Below, piece by piece: positions 63,820 to 64,000 of a stretch of 64,000 bases of DNA. How positions within the stretch are numbered: the first letter of the stretch is position 1; each line of letters opens with the position of its first letter. The stretch is from assembly GCF_006345805.1 (NCBI RefSeq), contig NC_043004.1:64232001-64296000 (forward strand). Direction: 5' to 3'. Origin of the DNA: Octopus sinensis (taxonomy: Eukaryota). The notes below the pieces were generated by a model that saw only the letters and a list, made by a program, of their open reading frames with translations, did not search any database and was not told the origin of the DNA. The position numbers and the translations under genes are program-made.

Positions 63820-64000
63820 ATGTGTATACATCAGTGTTTCTCAGTGTGTATATACATGTGTATCTTTGTGTGTATATGTGTCTATATATGTAGGTATGTA
63901 TACAAGTATATGTCTGTGTATGTTTGTATTTACACACACACACACACACACACACTTGTATATAGACATATATACATACACAAACGTGCATGTGTGTATT

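Overview
Eukaryotic, AT-rich, extremely microsatellite-dense DNA. The interspersed repeat families resemble those I know from octopus genomes, so a coleoid cephalopod (probably Octopus) is inferred, not proven. There are no rRNA genes, no intact tRNA genes, no CRISPR array and no confidently identifiable host protein. Almost every ORF in the supplied track is an artefact of simple or tandem repeats, including the >1000-aa ORFs at 40.3-43.7 kb, which come from a 37-bp minisatellite. The window is mostly mobile DNA: about 45 copies from five SINE-like families, 3'-end fragments of CR1 and RTE LINEs, a DDE-transposase relic, and hAT-, Tc1/mariner- and piggyBac-type MITEs and foldback elements. 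The best host-gene candidate is a 102-nt phase-1/phase-1 exon encoding a transmembrane-like segment (61928-62029, +). The most notable observations are: (i) several minimal type-I hammerhead-ribozyme motifs of Penelope type, from different sequence families, set in small inverted-arm elements next to microsatellites; (ii) a ~99% identical 290-bp inverted duplication; (iii) a TTAA-ended element whose same terminus abuts both that duplication and the minisatellite; (iv) one SINE head joined to three different tails; (v) a CpG-retention to CpG-depletion transition suggesting a methylated gene body from roughly 15-20 kb onward. Family labels A-E are my own, and many repeat boundaries are approximate (+/-10-20 bp).
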